NCBI GenBank assembly: GCA_050633245.1
Contig: JBOEGD010000010.1
Coordinates: forward strand, 32,001 to 96,000
DNA length: 64,000 nucleotides
Source of the DNA: Calditrichia bacterium
GTDB lineage: Bacteria; Calditrichota; Calditrichia; RBG-13-44-9; J075
Reading direction: 5' to 3'
Shown: positions 41,182-52,000 of the stretch, in pieces
How positions within the stretch are numbered: the stretch's first letter is position 1
Layout: every line of letters starts with the position of its first letter
Position numbers and translations under genes: made by a program
Notes under the pieces: generated by a model
The model's database searches: none
Seen by the model: the letters and a program-made list of their open reading frames with translations, nothing else
Told to the model about the DNA's origin: nothing

Positions 41182-42806
41182 GCGCAGCATTTTTCTCTGA
41201 CTCTCTTCCAGGCGTGATTGTCCTTCTCACATTACTAATCGCCTATGCTGAAATTCATTTTCGGCTGCCCGGCATTCCCGGTAAACTGTTTATGCGTGAA
41301 CCTGAGATCGTTTTCGATCTGCCAAATCGTCTTGAGCCAAACCTCCTACTCCCTGTCTACCTTTTCGTAAAAGATGCCGATAGGTTCCCGGTTTTCCTGC
41401 TAAGGATAACGATTACCATCTTTGCTGCCGATGGCCGCAAACAACAGCATGAAGTTGAAGTTATTGAAAAGATTGACAAACCGTTTTATAGCAAAACCAA
41501 TTATGTCGATCTCGGCAAGCTATCAGGTTCCGGAGAACTCTGGGTCGATGCAGTACTTGAGTACAGCTTGAACGGCAAACCTAAGGTACTTCAACAAGAC
41601 AACTACAACGGTATTTCGCATCAGCCATTCAAGCTGTTTGCCGCATCAGAATCGCTACCATCTCTTCCGCAATTGCGCTGGGGAGATGCCCATTTACATA
41701 CCCTGTATACCAATGATCAGATAGAATTTGGTGCCCCTCTTCTCGAAACAGCAGACTGTGCACGTCATTCCGGCTTACATTTTTTGGCGATTACCGACCA
41801 CAGTTACGATTTAGATGATTTTCCAGACGACTATACTCGCAACGACCCACAGCTACAAAAATGGCATACTCTTCATAAAGAAGCATTAGAAGTAGAAAAA
41901 CAAACCGGCGTCAAGTTATTGCCGGGTGAAGAAATTTCAGTTGGTAATGCGCGTGGAGAAAACGTGCACTGCCTGCTAATCGGTAATCAGACGTTTTATC
42001 CCGGTAGTGGTGATAGTGGTGAAACACCGCTGAACAATCGCCCCACCATGAATCTTGAAACACTTTTTGAAAAACTTCGCGCAGAGCCACAAACCATAAT
42101 TGCCGCGGCGCATCCTTTCGAGGAGCCGCCTGCTTCGCAGCGGCTGCTGCTAAACCGTGGCTTCTGGCATGAAGAAGATCTGGCCATGCCGCAGCTTCAC
42201 TACTGGCAAATTCTAAACGGTGTCGGGAAAGGTACCTTTCAGCGCGGCCTGAAAAAATGGAAACAAGCACTGCGCAATGGACGACGTATTGCCCTTTTGG
42301 CTGGAAATGATGCACATGGAAATTTTAATGCAGCTCGTCAAATTGTTGTGCCTCTTTACCGAATGGAACGATTAGACAGACAGGTGCTTGGCCGCATGCG
42401 AAGCGGCATTTTTGTTGATGAAGACTTTACGCGAAGTGCGCTTTTGAGTGCTCTTCGACAAGGCCGTGGTATCATATCGAATGGACCGGCACTGGCCATC
42501 TCCATGCGGCATGAAGAAACAACTTTGCTCTCAGGGGATACCGCAGCAGCAGTCAACAATGCTCGGATCACTTTAAATGGAGCAAGCAGTAGCGAATTCG
42601 GAGCCATTTCGCGTCTTTCGCTGATTATAGGAGATGTCGAAACCGGCAAAGAAACCATTAAAGATGTTGGCCTAAAAGATTCTATTCGCATTGAACATAC
42701 ATTCGAACTTGAGAAACTCCCGCAAAATGGTTACTTAAGGGCAGAAATCGAATGTGAATCAACATCTTCTTTTGCATACGCAAATCCTATCTGGCTTCAG
42801 AAGTGA
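41178..42806 (+). CDS. PHP-family (CehA/McbA-like) metallohydrolase
   Basis: GDAHLHT, ITDH, GEE, AHP, GNDAH and ANPIW. Confidence 0.8.
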   Translation: MSAAFFSDSLPGVIVLLTLLIAYAEIHFRLPGIPGKLFMREPEIVFDLPNRLEPNLLLPVYLFVKDADRFPVFLLRITITIFAADGRKQQHEVEVIEKIDKPFYSKTNYVDLGKLSGSGELWVDAVLEYSLNGKPKVLQQDNYNGISHQPFKLFAASESLPSLPQLRWGDAHLHTLYTNDQIEFGAPLLETADCARHSGLHFLAITDHSYDLDDFPDDYTRNDPQLQKWHTLHKEALEVEKQTGVKLLPGEEISVGNARGENVHCLLIGNQTFYPGSGDSGETPLNNRPTMNLETLFEKLRAEPQTIIAAAHPFEEPPASQRLLLNRGFWHEEDLAMPQLHYWQILNGVGKGTFQRGLKKWKQALRNGRRIALLAGNDAHGNFNAARQIVVPLYRMERLDRQVLGRMRSGIFVDEDFTRSALLSALRQGRGIISNGPALAISMRHEETTLLSGDTAAAVNNARITLNGASSSEFGAISRLSLIIGDVETGKETIKDVGLKDSIRIEHTFELEKLPQNGYLRAEIECESTSSFAYANPIWLQK

Positions 42807-42923
42807 ACCTTTTTGAAAGTTATGCTTTAAATTTAGACATATTTCTTTTTTGCCGACTGCACCCGATAGTATATATTGACGTGATATTATTCTGACACTA
42901 AACGCAGCTCGAGGGCTTTCTCA

Positions 42924-44228
42924 TTGCATAGATTCTCAACGCGAATTATTCTACTTATTACTCTGCTTGCCGCTGTATTCGGATATGCGCAAGATGCCCC
43001 TACTTCGGTTAAAATCGACACCATCGAAGTTGTCGGCAATGAACGAACACGTGATTCTGTTATTCTCCGCGAACTACATTTTAATCCTCCCTGCGAAGTA
43101 GATCAGCAAGACCTGGAGATTATTCAAAACCGATTGTCCAATCTTTTCATTTTCAATCGCGTTCAAGTTGGCGTGTTTGAAATGGATGACAAAAACATCC
43201 TGCAAATTCAGGTTACCGAAACCTGGTATCTATATCCGGTTCCGATTCTATTCTTGAACGATCGGGAATGGGATCGCATCAGTTACGGGTTTAAGTTGAC
43301 GCACTACAACTTTCGCGGCATGAACGAAAAGTTGAATGTCGGTGGATGGCTGGGATTCAATCCGTCCTTTTTCCTTAGCTATAACAATCCATGGGTTGGC
43401 ACCAAGTCGCGGTTTATTATGCGTGGTACGGTCTTCGGCAAGCGAACTCAAAACCGTTTTTCCGACGTGACTGGTGAAGGTTTTCAAGATCGACAGCTGG
43501 GCGGGAGCGTTACACTGGGGAAGCGCCTGACGCTCAATACCAGCCTGCGGGCTTCTTTTGGCATGCGTCGAATTGAATTTCCTGACGATAAGATTTCATT
43601 CTCAACATCGGGCACAAAAGTAGATTTTTTCCCCTCCGCATCACTCACGCTTAGCACCGATCACCGTGATCTCCGCGAATATCCACGCTCTGGTTATTCC
43701 GCCCGATATTCACTAATCCGTGGTGGCTTCACCGAAAACCAGGCAGACTTCTGGAGATGGGAAATGGACAATCGTGTTTACATTCCGCTTCACAAACGCT
43801 TTAGCCTGGCAGCGCGCAATTTATTAAAGTTGAACAGAGGACAACAACCAACTTATTCCTACACTTTTCTAGGCTATGGAGAGCGCATTCGCGGGTATTT
43901 TGACCGCCGTTTGCCGGCTCAAAACCTAATGCTACAAAATCTGGAAATGCGTATCAGCTTGCTTCCGGTGCGTTACTTTTCCTGGAAGGATGCACCACTG
44001 ATGTCCCAGCTTTTTCAAGATATGAAGTTCGGTATCAGCATGGGACTTCATATGGATAGTGGAACGGTTTGGGAGCGCTCGAGAGATATCGCAATCGACA
44101 ACTTTCTGACCGGTTATGGCGTAGGGCTTCACCTTCATCTACCACATATTTACCTGCTTAGGATTGACCATACCTGGAGTGATCAAGGACGGGGAGAGTG
44201 GTTAATTGAGGGCGGAGTCAGTTTCTAA
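42924..44228 (+). CDS. Omp85 (BamA/TamA-like) outer-membrane protein with a single POTRA
   Basis: GNERTRDSVILREL POTRA, IRGY lid motif, GYGVG and a C-terminal F. Confidence 0.8.
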   Translation: MHRFSTRIILLITLLAAVFGYAQDAPTSVKIDTIEVVGNERTRDSVILRELHFNPPCEVDQQDLEIIQNRLSNLFIFNRVQVGVFEMDDKNILQIQVTETWYLYPVPILFLNDREWDRISYGFKLTHYNFRGMNEKLNVGGWLGFNPSFFLSYNNPWVGTKSRFIMRGTVFGKRTQNRFSDVTGEGFQDRQLGGSVTLGKRLTLNTSLRASFGMRRIEFPDDKISFSTSGTKVDFFPSASLTLSTDHRDLREYPRSGYSARYSLIRGGFTENQADFWRWEMDNRVYIPLHKRFSLAARNLLKLNRGQQPTYSYTFLGYGERIRGYFDRRLPAQNLMLQNLEMRISLLPVRYFSWKDAPLMSQLFQDMKFGISMGLHMDSGTVWERSRDIAIDNFLTGYGVGLHLHLPHIYLLRIDHTWSDQGRGEWLIEGGVSF

Positions 44229-44248
44229 CACTTCACATTTGCGAGCCC

Positions 44249-44950
44249 ATGAATACCTTTTATGCCTCAGATCTGACTAAAAACACGGCGCGACTAACTC
44301 TTTCTGAAGAGGAAGCCAAACATGCCCTGCAGGTAAAGCGCCTGAAGACGGGCTCTTCTGTCGTTCTCGTCAATGGCAGTGGAATAAAAGCAGTTGCAAC
44401 CATTGTGGAGATCAATCGCAGACAGTGCATTTGTGAAGTGGAATCAATTGAAGAAATCGACCCGCCAAAGGCACAAACTCTTACCGTTGCCATATCCACA
44501 ATCCGTCCGAATCGCATGGATTATGTTGCTGAAAAGTTGTGCGAATTGGGAGTCGGTCATATTCAATTTCTCTACACCGAGCATACCAGCATACGAACAT
44601 TCAAGCAAAAGCATCTTACCAAAATTGCCATTAGTGCAATGAAGCAGAGCAGGCAGGCCTGGCTTTCGACGCTTAGCGCCCCGATTGCACTAAACGACTG
44701 GCTGAAGCATTCTAACACGGCAGACTTAAGAGTTATTGCGCACTTTCATCAGCAAGCAACAGTACTTTCTGAACTGCCATCTGCAGTGCGTTCGAAGGTG
44801 CTTTTGATTGGACCGGAAGGCGGATTTTCTGATGCTGAAGTTGGCATGTGTTTGTCGGCCGGGTTCAAGCCGCTTTTATTGGGGGATACTATTCTGCGCG
44901 CCGAGACGGCGGCAGTTGTAGGAGCAGGGCTGCTATTGAGTCTCGACTAA
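44249..44950 (+). CDS. rsmE: 16S rRNA m3U1498 methyltransferase
   Basis: H..QV.R, ELGV, IGPEGGFS and LG..ILRAETA. Confidence 0.93.
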   Translation: MNTFYASDLTKNTARLTLSEEEAKHALQVKRLKTGSSVVLVNGSGIKAVATIVEINRRQCICEVESIEEIDPPKAQTLTVAISTIRPNRMDYVAEKLCELGVGHIQFLYTEHTSIRTFKQKHLTKIAISAMKQSRQAWLSTLSAPIALNDWLKHSNTADLRVIAHFHQQATVLSELPSAVRSKVLLIGPEGGFSDAEVGMCLSAGFKPLLLGDTILRAETAAVVGAGLLLSLD

Positions 44951-44974
44951 CCAGAATCCTCATTATTCTCAAAC

Positions 44975-45421
44975 CTAAGCGTTTTCTTTCTCTACAGATT
45001 GAGCTGCCCGAAACGTCCACATGTCGTTCAAGTAATAGTTTAACAGCGCACCGGTGGCAATCCCGAATAAATTCGACACCAAATAATTCAGTCCGAAAAA
45101 CTCTGACAAGAGAATAAGCATCCCCCAATTTCCTATAAACGCCGTTAAACCCGCAGCGATATGATAATTCCTTAATCGCTCGAACAAGGGAGTCTCTTTG
45201 CGATCTGCCCACGTCCAGGCATTGTTCAGAGTGAAGTTAAAAAGGATGGATAGTTCTATTGCAAACAAACTTGAAACGGTGTAGTGAAACTGCCCAAACT
45301 CTGTGAATAGGTAGATCACGAGCATATTCACGACTACACCACTGCCCCCAACCGCAGCAAATTTGGCGAAGCGCTTGTTTAAAAACTTTATAAAGACTGC
45401 GTTAATCTGTTCTAAAAACAT
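44975..45421 (-). CDS. GtrA family membrane protein
   Basis: RFAKFAAVGG, NFTLNNAWTW and NYYLNDMWTF; four TMs. Confidence 0.85.
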   Translation of the reverse strand: MFLEQINAVFIKFLNKRFAKFAAVGGSGVVVNMLVIYLFTEFGQFHYTVSSLFAIELSILFNFTLNNAWTWADRKETPLFERLRNYHIAAGLTAFIGNWGMLILLSEFFGLNYLVSNLFGIATGALLNYYLNDMWTFRAAQSVEKENA

Positions 45422-45423
45422 AG

Positions 45424-47091
45424 CTACTTACGACTGTTATTTTGTAAAGTCCACAAATCTACCACACCAAACCGTTCATTCTCATATAAAACGCTATCCC
45501 ACGCCACATCCGGGTGTCTCTCGAAGACGAAGTAGCGAATGTTCTCGTTTCTTGCTGCAGAGACTGCATTATTTCTGTACAACTCGGGTAGGCTCCAGCG
45601 ATTAAAAGGAAGTCCCACACCCATTTTCTGCATACGCACCCACCAGCGAAAGATAGTTTTTTTGGAATAATTATGCGGCGCGCCGTCTTTATAACTACCA
45701 TAAATAGAGCGCAAAGAATGCGAGCGGAATCCAGGACGATAGATCGGCGTCATTATAGTCTCACTAACAGGGACATTCTCCTGACACCACAGCTGCACCT
45801 CTTCCCATGGGCTTGCACCAGTCACATCAAACCACCGTCCCGTTGCACTATGCCGCTCGATGACCACATGAGTGGTTATAACAAGAACCAGTATCCAGGC
45901 TAAATTAAGATAGTTTTTCTGCCAACCGGACTGCCCTTTCCAAAGAATATAGATAAGGCCCGCAATAGCAAGCGCAACCAGAGCCCAGCGAATGGGATTC
46001 GAGCGATCTCCTACTGCCCCCTGCAGTAGTAAGACCAATGGCACAAGAATCAACAGTGCAGCAGGGCCACGCAGCTTTTCTGCGGGCATATCCCAAAGTC
46101 TGTCGATAATAAAAGCGGCAACAATTACCAATAGTAGAAACGAATTTCTCGCCAACTGAAGCTGTAAGAAGAACTTAATCGAAAAGAGTTCAGCAATTGC
46201 CATCAACACAAGCGCAGTCAACACCGCAAAAACCATTGGCAACAGGCGTTTGAAAGACGGATGTTTGTGAAAAGCCAGGATGCCACCAACGGCTAGCACG
46301 AGGTGAATAATACGATCGGGCACCCACTGAAAAATAAAAAACGAAATCGACATGCGAAACTGAACCAGCTCCAGCCAAAGTTCTCTATCGAAGGGTGCGG
46401 TTTGTTCCGAAAACATGTGAATCAAATGCGATGCCCAGGCTGGTGCAGAAATCGTTAAAAACAACACACCACTAAAGAACAACGTTTTGAATGGGACTCT
46501 GCGTAAATCAATCAGCATTCGAAATGCCAGGATCATTGCGCCGTATAGCGCAGTAAATGGATGGAAAAGGAAGATAAATCCCAGAACCGCAGAACCAGAT
46601 AGCCAATAACCACGATCAATTAAACTATAGCCAATAAGCAGAACACCAAAGGCCAGTGCCCCGGGATGAAAATATTCGTAAGGATTTAGACCGTAACGCC
46701 CCATTGCAGCAGATAACGCAGGAACCACTAACGTAAGAAGCAATAATATCCACCCGGAGTTCCCCGGAAAAAACGTTTGATAGAAGAAACGGTAAGCGAA
46801 GGTCAACAAAGTAATTTGCGCAAAAAAGAGAAAGAGAAATAACAGCTGGATATCGACTAAGTTAAGCAACAGAGCGAAAGTCTGCCAGATATAAACCGGG
46901 TGATCGGCCAGAGTTTCTACCAGCAGATCATTTGCAAATAAAGTATTGTCGAAATGGTGCCATACAAATGGCACATATGTCGAAAGGTCACCGACGCCAA
47001 AATGATAGCCCTGGAGTGCAGCCAGAAAGATTATCAACCAGAGTTGCCAATTGCTACGCAGCCACTGCAAATATGTAGTAAAAGCAAACAT
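45424..47091 (-). CDS. Polytopic membrane protein, possible GT-C-fold glycosyltransferase
   Basis: More than 10 TMs, an acidic first loop (GD..YVP...ND), FHP motifs and a soluble C-terminal domain; coupled to gtrA. Confidence 0.5.
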   Translation of the reverse strand: MFAFTTYLQWLRSNWQLWLIIFLAALQGYHFGVGDLSTYVPFVWHHFDNTLFANDLLVETLADHPVYIWQTFALLLNLVDIQLLFLFLFFAQITLLTFAYRFFYQTFFPGNSGWILLLLTLVVPALSAAMGRYGLNPYEYFHPGALAFGVLLIGYSLIDRGYWLSGSAVLGFIFLFHPFTALYGAMILAFRMLIDLRRVPFKTLFFSGVLFLTISAPAWASHLIHMFSEQTAPFDRELWLELVQFRMSISFFIFQWVPDRIIHLVLAVGGILAFHKHPSFKRLLPMVFAVLTALVLMAIAELFSIKFFLQLQLARNSFLLLVIVAAFIIDRLWDMPAEKLRGPAALLILVPLVLLLQGAVGDRSNPIRWALVALAIAGLIYILWKGQSGWQKNYLNLAWILVLVITTHVVIERHSATGRWFDVTGASPWEEVQLWCQENVPVSETIMTPIYRPGFRSHSLRSIYGSYKDGAPHNYSKKTIFRWWVRMQKMGVGLPFNRWSLPELYRNNAVSAARNENIRYFVFERHPDVAWDSVLYENERFGVVDLWTLQNNSRK

Positions 47092-47310
47092 ACTTCCTCT
47101 TCACTATAAAACGAGCGCCTGAGAAATTACGCTTCTTTTGGGATTTGCACAATACAAATAAAAACGTCGTAAATGGCACTAAACGAATGCGAGGAGCTAT
47201 CAGTCAACCAAGAGATTATTTAATTGGGGAATGCTGTGGGTATAAAAATTTTGCAGCGAGTCTGATGATATTTTACACGGCACGAGATATTTTTTCTTTA
47301 GTTTGACGCA

Positions 47311-47339
47311 GTGTTGCAGCCATCCATCAGCTGCAACAC
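47311..47339. other. Perfect 10-bp stem hairpin
   Basis: GTGTTGCAGC-N9-GCTGCAACAC just after the hybrid kinase stop; no clear U-tract. Confidence 0.45.
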
Positions 47340-47344
47340 GATCA

Positions 47345-48553
47345 TCAAAAAGCGGAGTTTGCAAACTCAGATCTGGGGATTGCTATTTTCTCGCTTGCTT
47401 CTTCGCGTTTTTTGGGGATTGTGAAGTGAAATGTCGTGCCTTCACCCAGTTCGGACTCGAACCAAATTTCACCATCATGCAGTTGAATGACCTTTTTACA
47501 AATAGATAAGCCAATCCCATTGCCCTTATACTCATTTCTGGTGTTCAATCGCTGAAAAACAGCAAAGATTCGCTCGTTGAAATCAGTGTTGATACCAATT
47601 CCGTTGTCCTGTATAGAAAACTCCCAGTCATTCTCTTTCTCTTCGACTCCAAAATGAATACTTGGGGTTTCTTCTGTACAAAATTTCAGGGCGTTGCTGA
47701 AGAGGTTCTGCAAAACCTGGGTAAGTAACGAGGGAACGGCATAAAGTTCAGGTAGAACATCATTGGTTATTTTCGGATTGCATTCCTCAATAAGTGCACT
47801 CAGATTTCGCAATGCACTGTCAAACAAGTTGTTACCATCTACGGTTTCGAACACCAACTCCGTTTTGCCAACACGGCAATAGTGTAACAAATCATTAATG
47901 AGACTGCTCATCCGGCTCGCACCATCACTAATGTAATAAATGTACTCTTTAGCCTTATCGTCTAGCTGATTCTCATATCTTTTTCCCAGAAGCTCGGTGA
48001 AATTCCCCACCATGCGTATAGGCTCCTGCAGATCATGTGAAGCCAGGTAAGCAAACTGTTGCAGCTCTTCATTAGATCGCATTAGTTCTTGGTTAGAAAG
48101 GCGTAATTCTTCGGATTGCCTGGCGAGTAAGAGTTCAGCTTTCATCCGTTTTTTCTTCTCTTCACGTTCTTGATGAGCACGACTTATGGCCGGAATAAGG
48201 CGGTTAATTCGATGCTTTAACACATAGTCTGTGGCACCGCTTATCAAACTGTTTATAGCTAATTCTTCGCCTATATTACCCGACAAAAAAATGAATGGAA
48301 TATCCGGGCAAACTTCCCGGGCAATCTTCAGCGCCGAAATGCCATCAAAAGATGGTAACGAATAGTCAGCGAGAATAATATCGTAGTCCTTTTCTTCCAA
48401 AGCTTCTATGTAATCGACTCGATTGTCCACACATACAAACGTAGCATTTACATAGGTTTTTCTCAACAATAGCTGAACGAGTTCTGCATCTTTGGGATTA
48501 TCTTCCAGATGAAGAACGTGAAGCGCTATTTCCGCGAGCTCATTTGCTTCCAT
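47345..48553 (-). CDS. Receiver-histidine kinase hybrid
   Basis: N-terminal REC (LEDN, D, K), then FAYLASHDLQEP, QNLFSNALKF and GNGIGL. Confidence 0.92.
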   Translation of the reverse strand: MEANELAEIALHVLHLEDNPKDAELVQLLLRKTYVNATFVCVDNRVDYIEALEEKDYDIILADYSLPSFDGISALKIAREVCPDIPFIFLSGNIGEELAINSLISGATDYVLKHRINRLIPAISRAHQEREEKKKRMKAELLLARQSEELRLSNQELMRSNEELQQFAYLASHDLQEPIRMVGNFTELLGKRYENQLDDKAKEYIYYISDGASRMSSLINDLLHYCRVGKTELVFETVDGNNLFDSALRNLSALIEECNPKITNDVLPELYAVPSLLTQVLQNLFSNALKFCTEETPSIHFGVEEKENDWEFSIQDNGIGINTDFNERIFAVFQRLNTRNEYKGNGIGLSICKKVIQLHDGEIWFESELGEGTTFHFTIPKKREEASEKIAIPRSEFANSAF

Positions 48554-48565
48554 AAATTGCTCCCC

Positions 48566-49003
48566 TTACGCCGGTACTTCGTTGATATGTGCCCAAAAAT
48601 GGCCGAGCTGCTTAAGTGAGTCACTGAATTTTTTATAATCAACCGGCTTAACAACATATGCGTTAACGCCCAGACTGTAGCTTTTAGTCTTATCGATCTC
48701 TTCTCTTGATGAGGTCAACATTACAACCGGAATATTTGCTGCTCCCGGATCGGATTTTATTTGTTCGAGTACTTCTAAGCCATTGATCCTGGGCATCTTT
48801 AGATCCAGTAGTATTACAATCGGATCACCCGTTTGTCTGGTTACAAAACGGCCTCTTTTAAATACATACTCCAGTGCCTCCTGACCATCACGCACTACTT
48901 CAATAGCCATATTAAGATTTGCTTTTTTTAATGCCATAAGCGTAAGCTCCATATCCTGTTCATTGTCTTCAGCCAACAGGATGTGCTTCTGTAACATTTC
49001 CAC
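48566..49003 (-). CDS. Single-domain response regulator (Rcp1-like)
   Basis: AEDN, LLDLKMP, LTSS and NAYVVKP. Confidence 0.92.
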   Translation of the reverse strand: MEMLQKHILLAEDNEQDMELTLMALKKANLNMAIEVVRDGQEALEYVFKRGRFVTRQTGDPIVILLDLKMPRINGLEVLEQIKSDPGAANIPVVMLTSSREEIDKTKSYSLGVNAYVVKPVDYKKFSDSLKQLGHFWAHINEVPA

Positions 49004-52000
49004 TTGTTACTCCTTCTTTCTTATTGGGAAGTGAAAAGTAGAATGTGGTTCCCTGATTAACAGCTCCCTCAGCCCAAATTCGTCCTCCGTGGCGGAGAAT
49101 AATACGTTTGGAGCTTGCGAGACCAACACCCGTTCCTTCAAACTCGTCATCACGATGCAGTCGTTGGAACAACCCAAACAGCTTGTCGACATAAGCCATG
49201 TCAAATCCTGCACCATTGTCCTTAACAAAGATTATCGCTTCATCCTCTTTCTGATCATCCGTGCGATACTCGTCTTGTTGCAATTCACCAACTTCAATTA
49301 CCGCTTCTTCACGTCCACCAGAGTATTTTACAGCATTTGAAAGCAAGTTTACGATTACCTGCTTTAGCATTGCGCGATCTCCAACAACATTGGGGAGTGG
49401 ATGAACATGCCATACAATGTACCTTCCTGCAATTTCAGGAATAAGCTCGTTGCGCACCTCCGATACCAGCTGCTCCAAATTAACCATTTGACGACTAAAT
49501 TCCGTCCTTCCCATCCGTGAAAATGCCAGAAGATCATCTATTAGTTTGCCCATACGGTTTCCGGCATCCATAACTAACTTCATAAAGCGCGTGCTATCTT
49601 CATCGAGTGTTTCTTCGATTCGTTCACGGAGTGCTTCCATAAAACCATTCATATGACGAAGAGGAGCACGCAAGTCATGAGAAACGGAATAACTAAAAGC
49701 CTCGAGTTCCCGATTGGACGCCTCAAGTTGGGAGGTCCGTTCTTTAACGCGATCTTCGAGTTCTTCATTCAGCTTAAAAATTTGCGCCTCGGCATGTTTT
49801 TTCTCGGTAACATCGACATACATTCCGACCCAATTTGTTATATTACCTTCTGGATTCAAGACCGGTGTTCCGGCATAATCATAAATTCGATACTCACCAT
49901 TCGAAGTCAAAAAACGACATTCACCGTAGTAACTCTTACCTTCTCGACTTGCCTGCTCACGCTTATTCATGAACTCTTCAATGTCATTTGGATGAATATG
50001 ATCTTTCCAGCCGATGCCCAGGGATGCTCGTTTATCTCTATTCGTCAGCTTATACCAGGCGCTATTGAGAAAAGTGACTTTTCCAGCCTTGTCTGCCAAC
50101 CAAACAATATGAGGGATAGTCTCGATCAGTGTGCGATAGAGATGTTCCTGGAAAGACAATTTTTCCGCTGCCCTCGCCCGTTCCGTTACATCGCTTGCAA
50201 TAATCACTACCTTTTCCACTTTTTCATTCGTAAGAATGGGATTTACCGAGCAGGAATATGACAGTTTTTTTCCCTGTGGATTTTTCGTATTAATAGCGTA
50301 GCGAGTTGGCTGCCGGGTCTGAAATGTCTTTTCGAGGCTTTCCCTGATAATATCAGCATTTTCTTTTTCAACATGTTCATAGATACTGGAATTCAGTAAA
50401 GCATTAGAATCATATCCATCAGCAGCTTTGTTAACCAGCAGAATCTCTGCTTTCTCATTTACAACCATAATCACCTCACTAACCGACTCAAAAACGGTAT
50501 GCCAGAACAATTCAGATTGCTTTAATTCAGCATTTTTTTCTACAACACGAGACTTCAACACCGCATTCAATTCTTTTAGTTGAATTGCCTGGCGTTTCGC
50601 AGTTTGAGAAAGTCTTGTTGAGGTCATCAAAAGAACGGTTGTAAGAAGGCCGAAAAACAAACTGAGACGAGGCAGTGCTGTTTCCTTCCCGGCAATAAAA
50701 TCGGGTGTCGGGTAGAGACGCATATTCCAAATGCGATTAAAAAGTGTTAGTTCGGTTTTTTGTGCAAAGTGCTCTACGCGGTTGCTCTTTGCACTGGAAT
50801 AGATAGTTCTGTTGTTTTTTACAATAGATATCAGAAAGGAGTTACCAAAGTTTTCACCCTGCGCATAGTCCAAGAGTACGTCCAATCGATAAACGCCTGT
50901 CAGAAATCCATCAAACCTTCCGCCAGTCGTCTTCAACGGGATATAGACCAAGAAGCACTCTTTTCCAGATTCCAGTTCGAGGAAATCGGACAGGTAGACT
51001 TTACTTTCAAGTTCCTCGGACTCGAGAGGTTTAAAAATATTCCGATTGCTGTGTAATAAAGATTCAACCGCAGTCGGTCCCTCATGCTCCGTGACAAGCC
51101 AACGTAACTGCGTCGATTTGTCTAACCACGCCAGCGCCTCCATTTGCGGAAATTGATTTACGTAATTTTCTGCATCTTCTTGAAAAAAGGACGGCTTTTT
51201 AATGTCTTGTTTCAGCCAGCGATCGCTCATCCGCTTCAAGGCAAGAACTGATGAATTAAAAATAGCGCTCGTTGTATTATTAACCTTATCGGCTTCGACC
51301 TGCAAGACGTCATTGATTCTAACATTTTCCTGAACAATCAGCGCATACGATAAACACAGTGCAACTGTTAGGATTGCAATACCAGCCGGCAGCGGAAGCC
51401 AGTAGAAATTGGGATCTTCACTCAGAAGTTCCTTTCGCCACAGGCATGCAAGAAGTCCGGAGCCAATAATAGCGAAGCCTGCTGCGGTGTGGAACGCCAT
51501 TCTGGTTGCTTCTCCCCAACCATATGTCGATTCTGTGGATATGATATACCCGAAAAGCGCAACCGCGCTGAAACTGATAATCAATGCACTTAGAATAGAA
51601 ACGATAAATGACTTTCGGTTGGTAGATTCTGATTTCAACAAAAGGAGTAACGATACACCGGTCAAAACAAAGCAAAAGGCAGTATTGGGAGCCATCCGTC
51701 CCGAATCGGACGTTCTAACCATAATATCATGTTGTATGAAAAGTTCATCAATCCCGAAGTTTATCCCAACAACATATTCAATTATGGTTAGGATGCCTGC
51801 CAAAAGAGGCAAAACGGCACACACAAAGACGATTTTTTTACGGCCAAATAAAATAGCCAGAAGTGCTAAACCTGAAAGAAATATACACAATGCGGTGTTA
51901 TATTGCATTGGTGCATACATTGGCAGAACTTGCACAAGAGCCTCTAAATGAAGATGCCATCCCAACATCACAAGCAACCCCAAAAGCACGGCACAAAGTC

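Noticed and set aside
49653-50261. 202-aa antisense ORF (also 51409..51951, 8983..9486, 29197..29655 and similar)
   Set aside because: These are shadow ORFs opposite well-supported genes, with no recognisable motifs.
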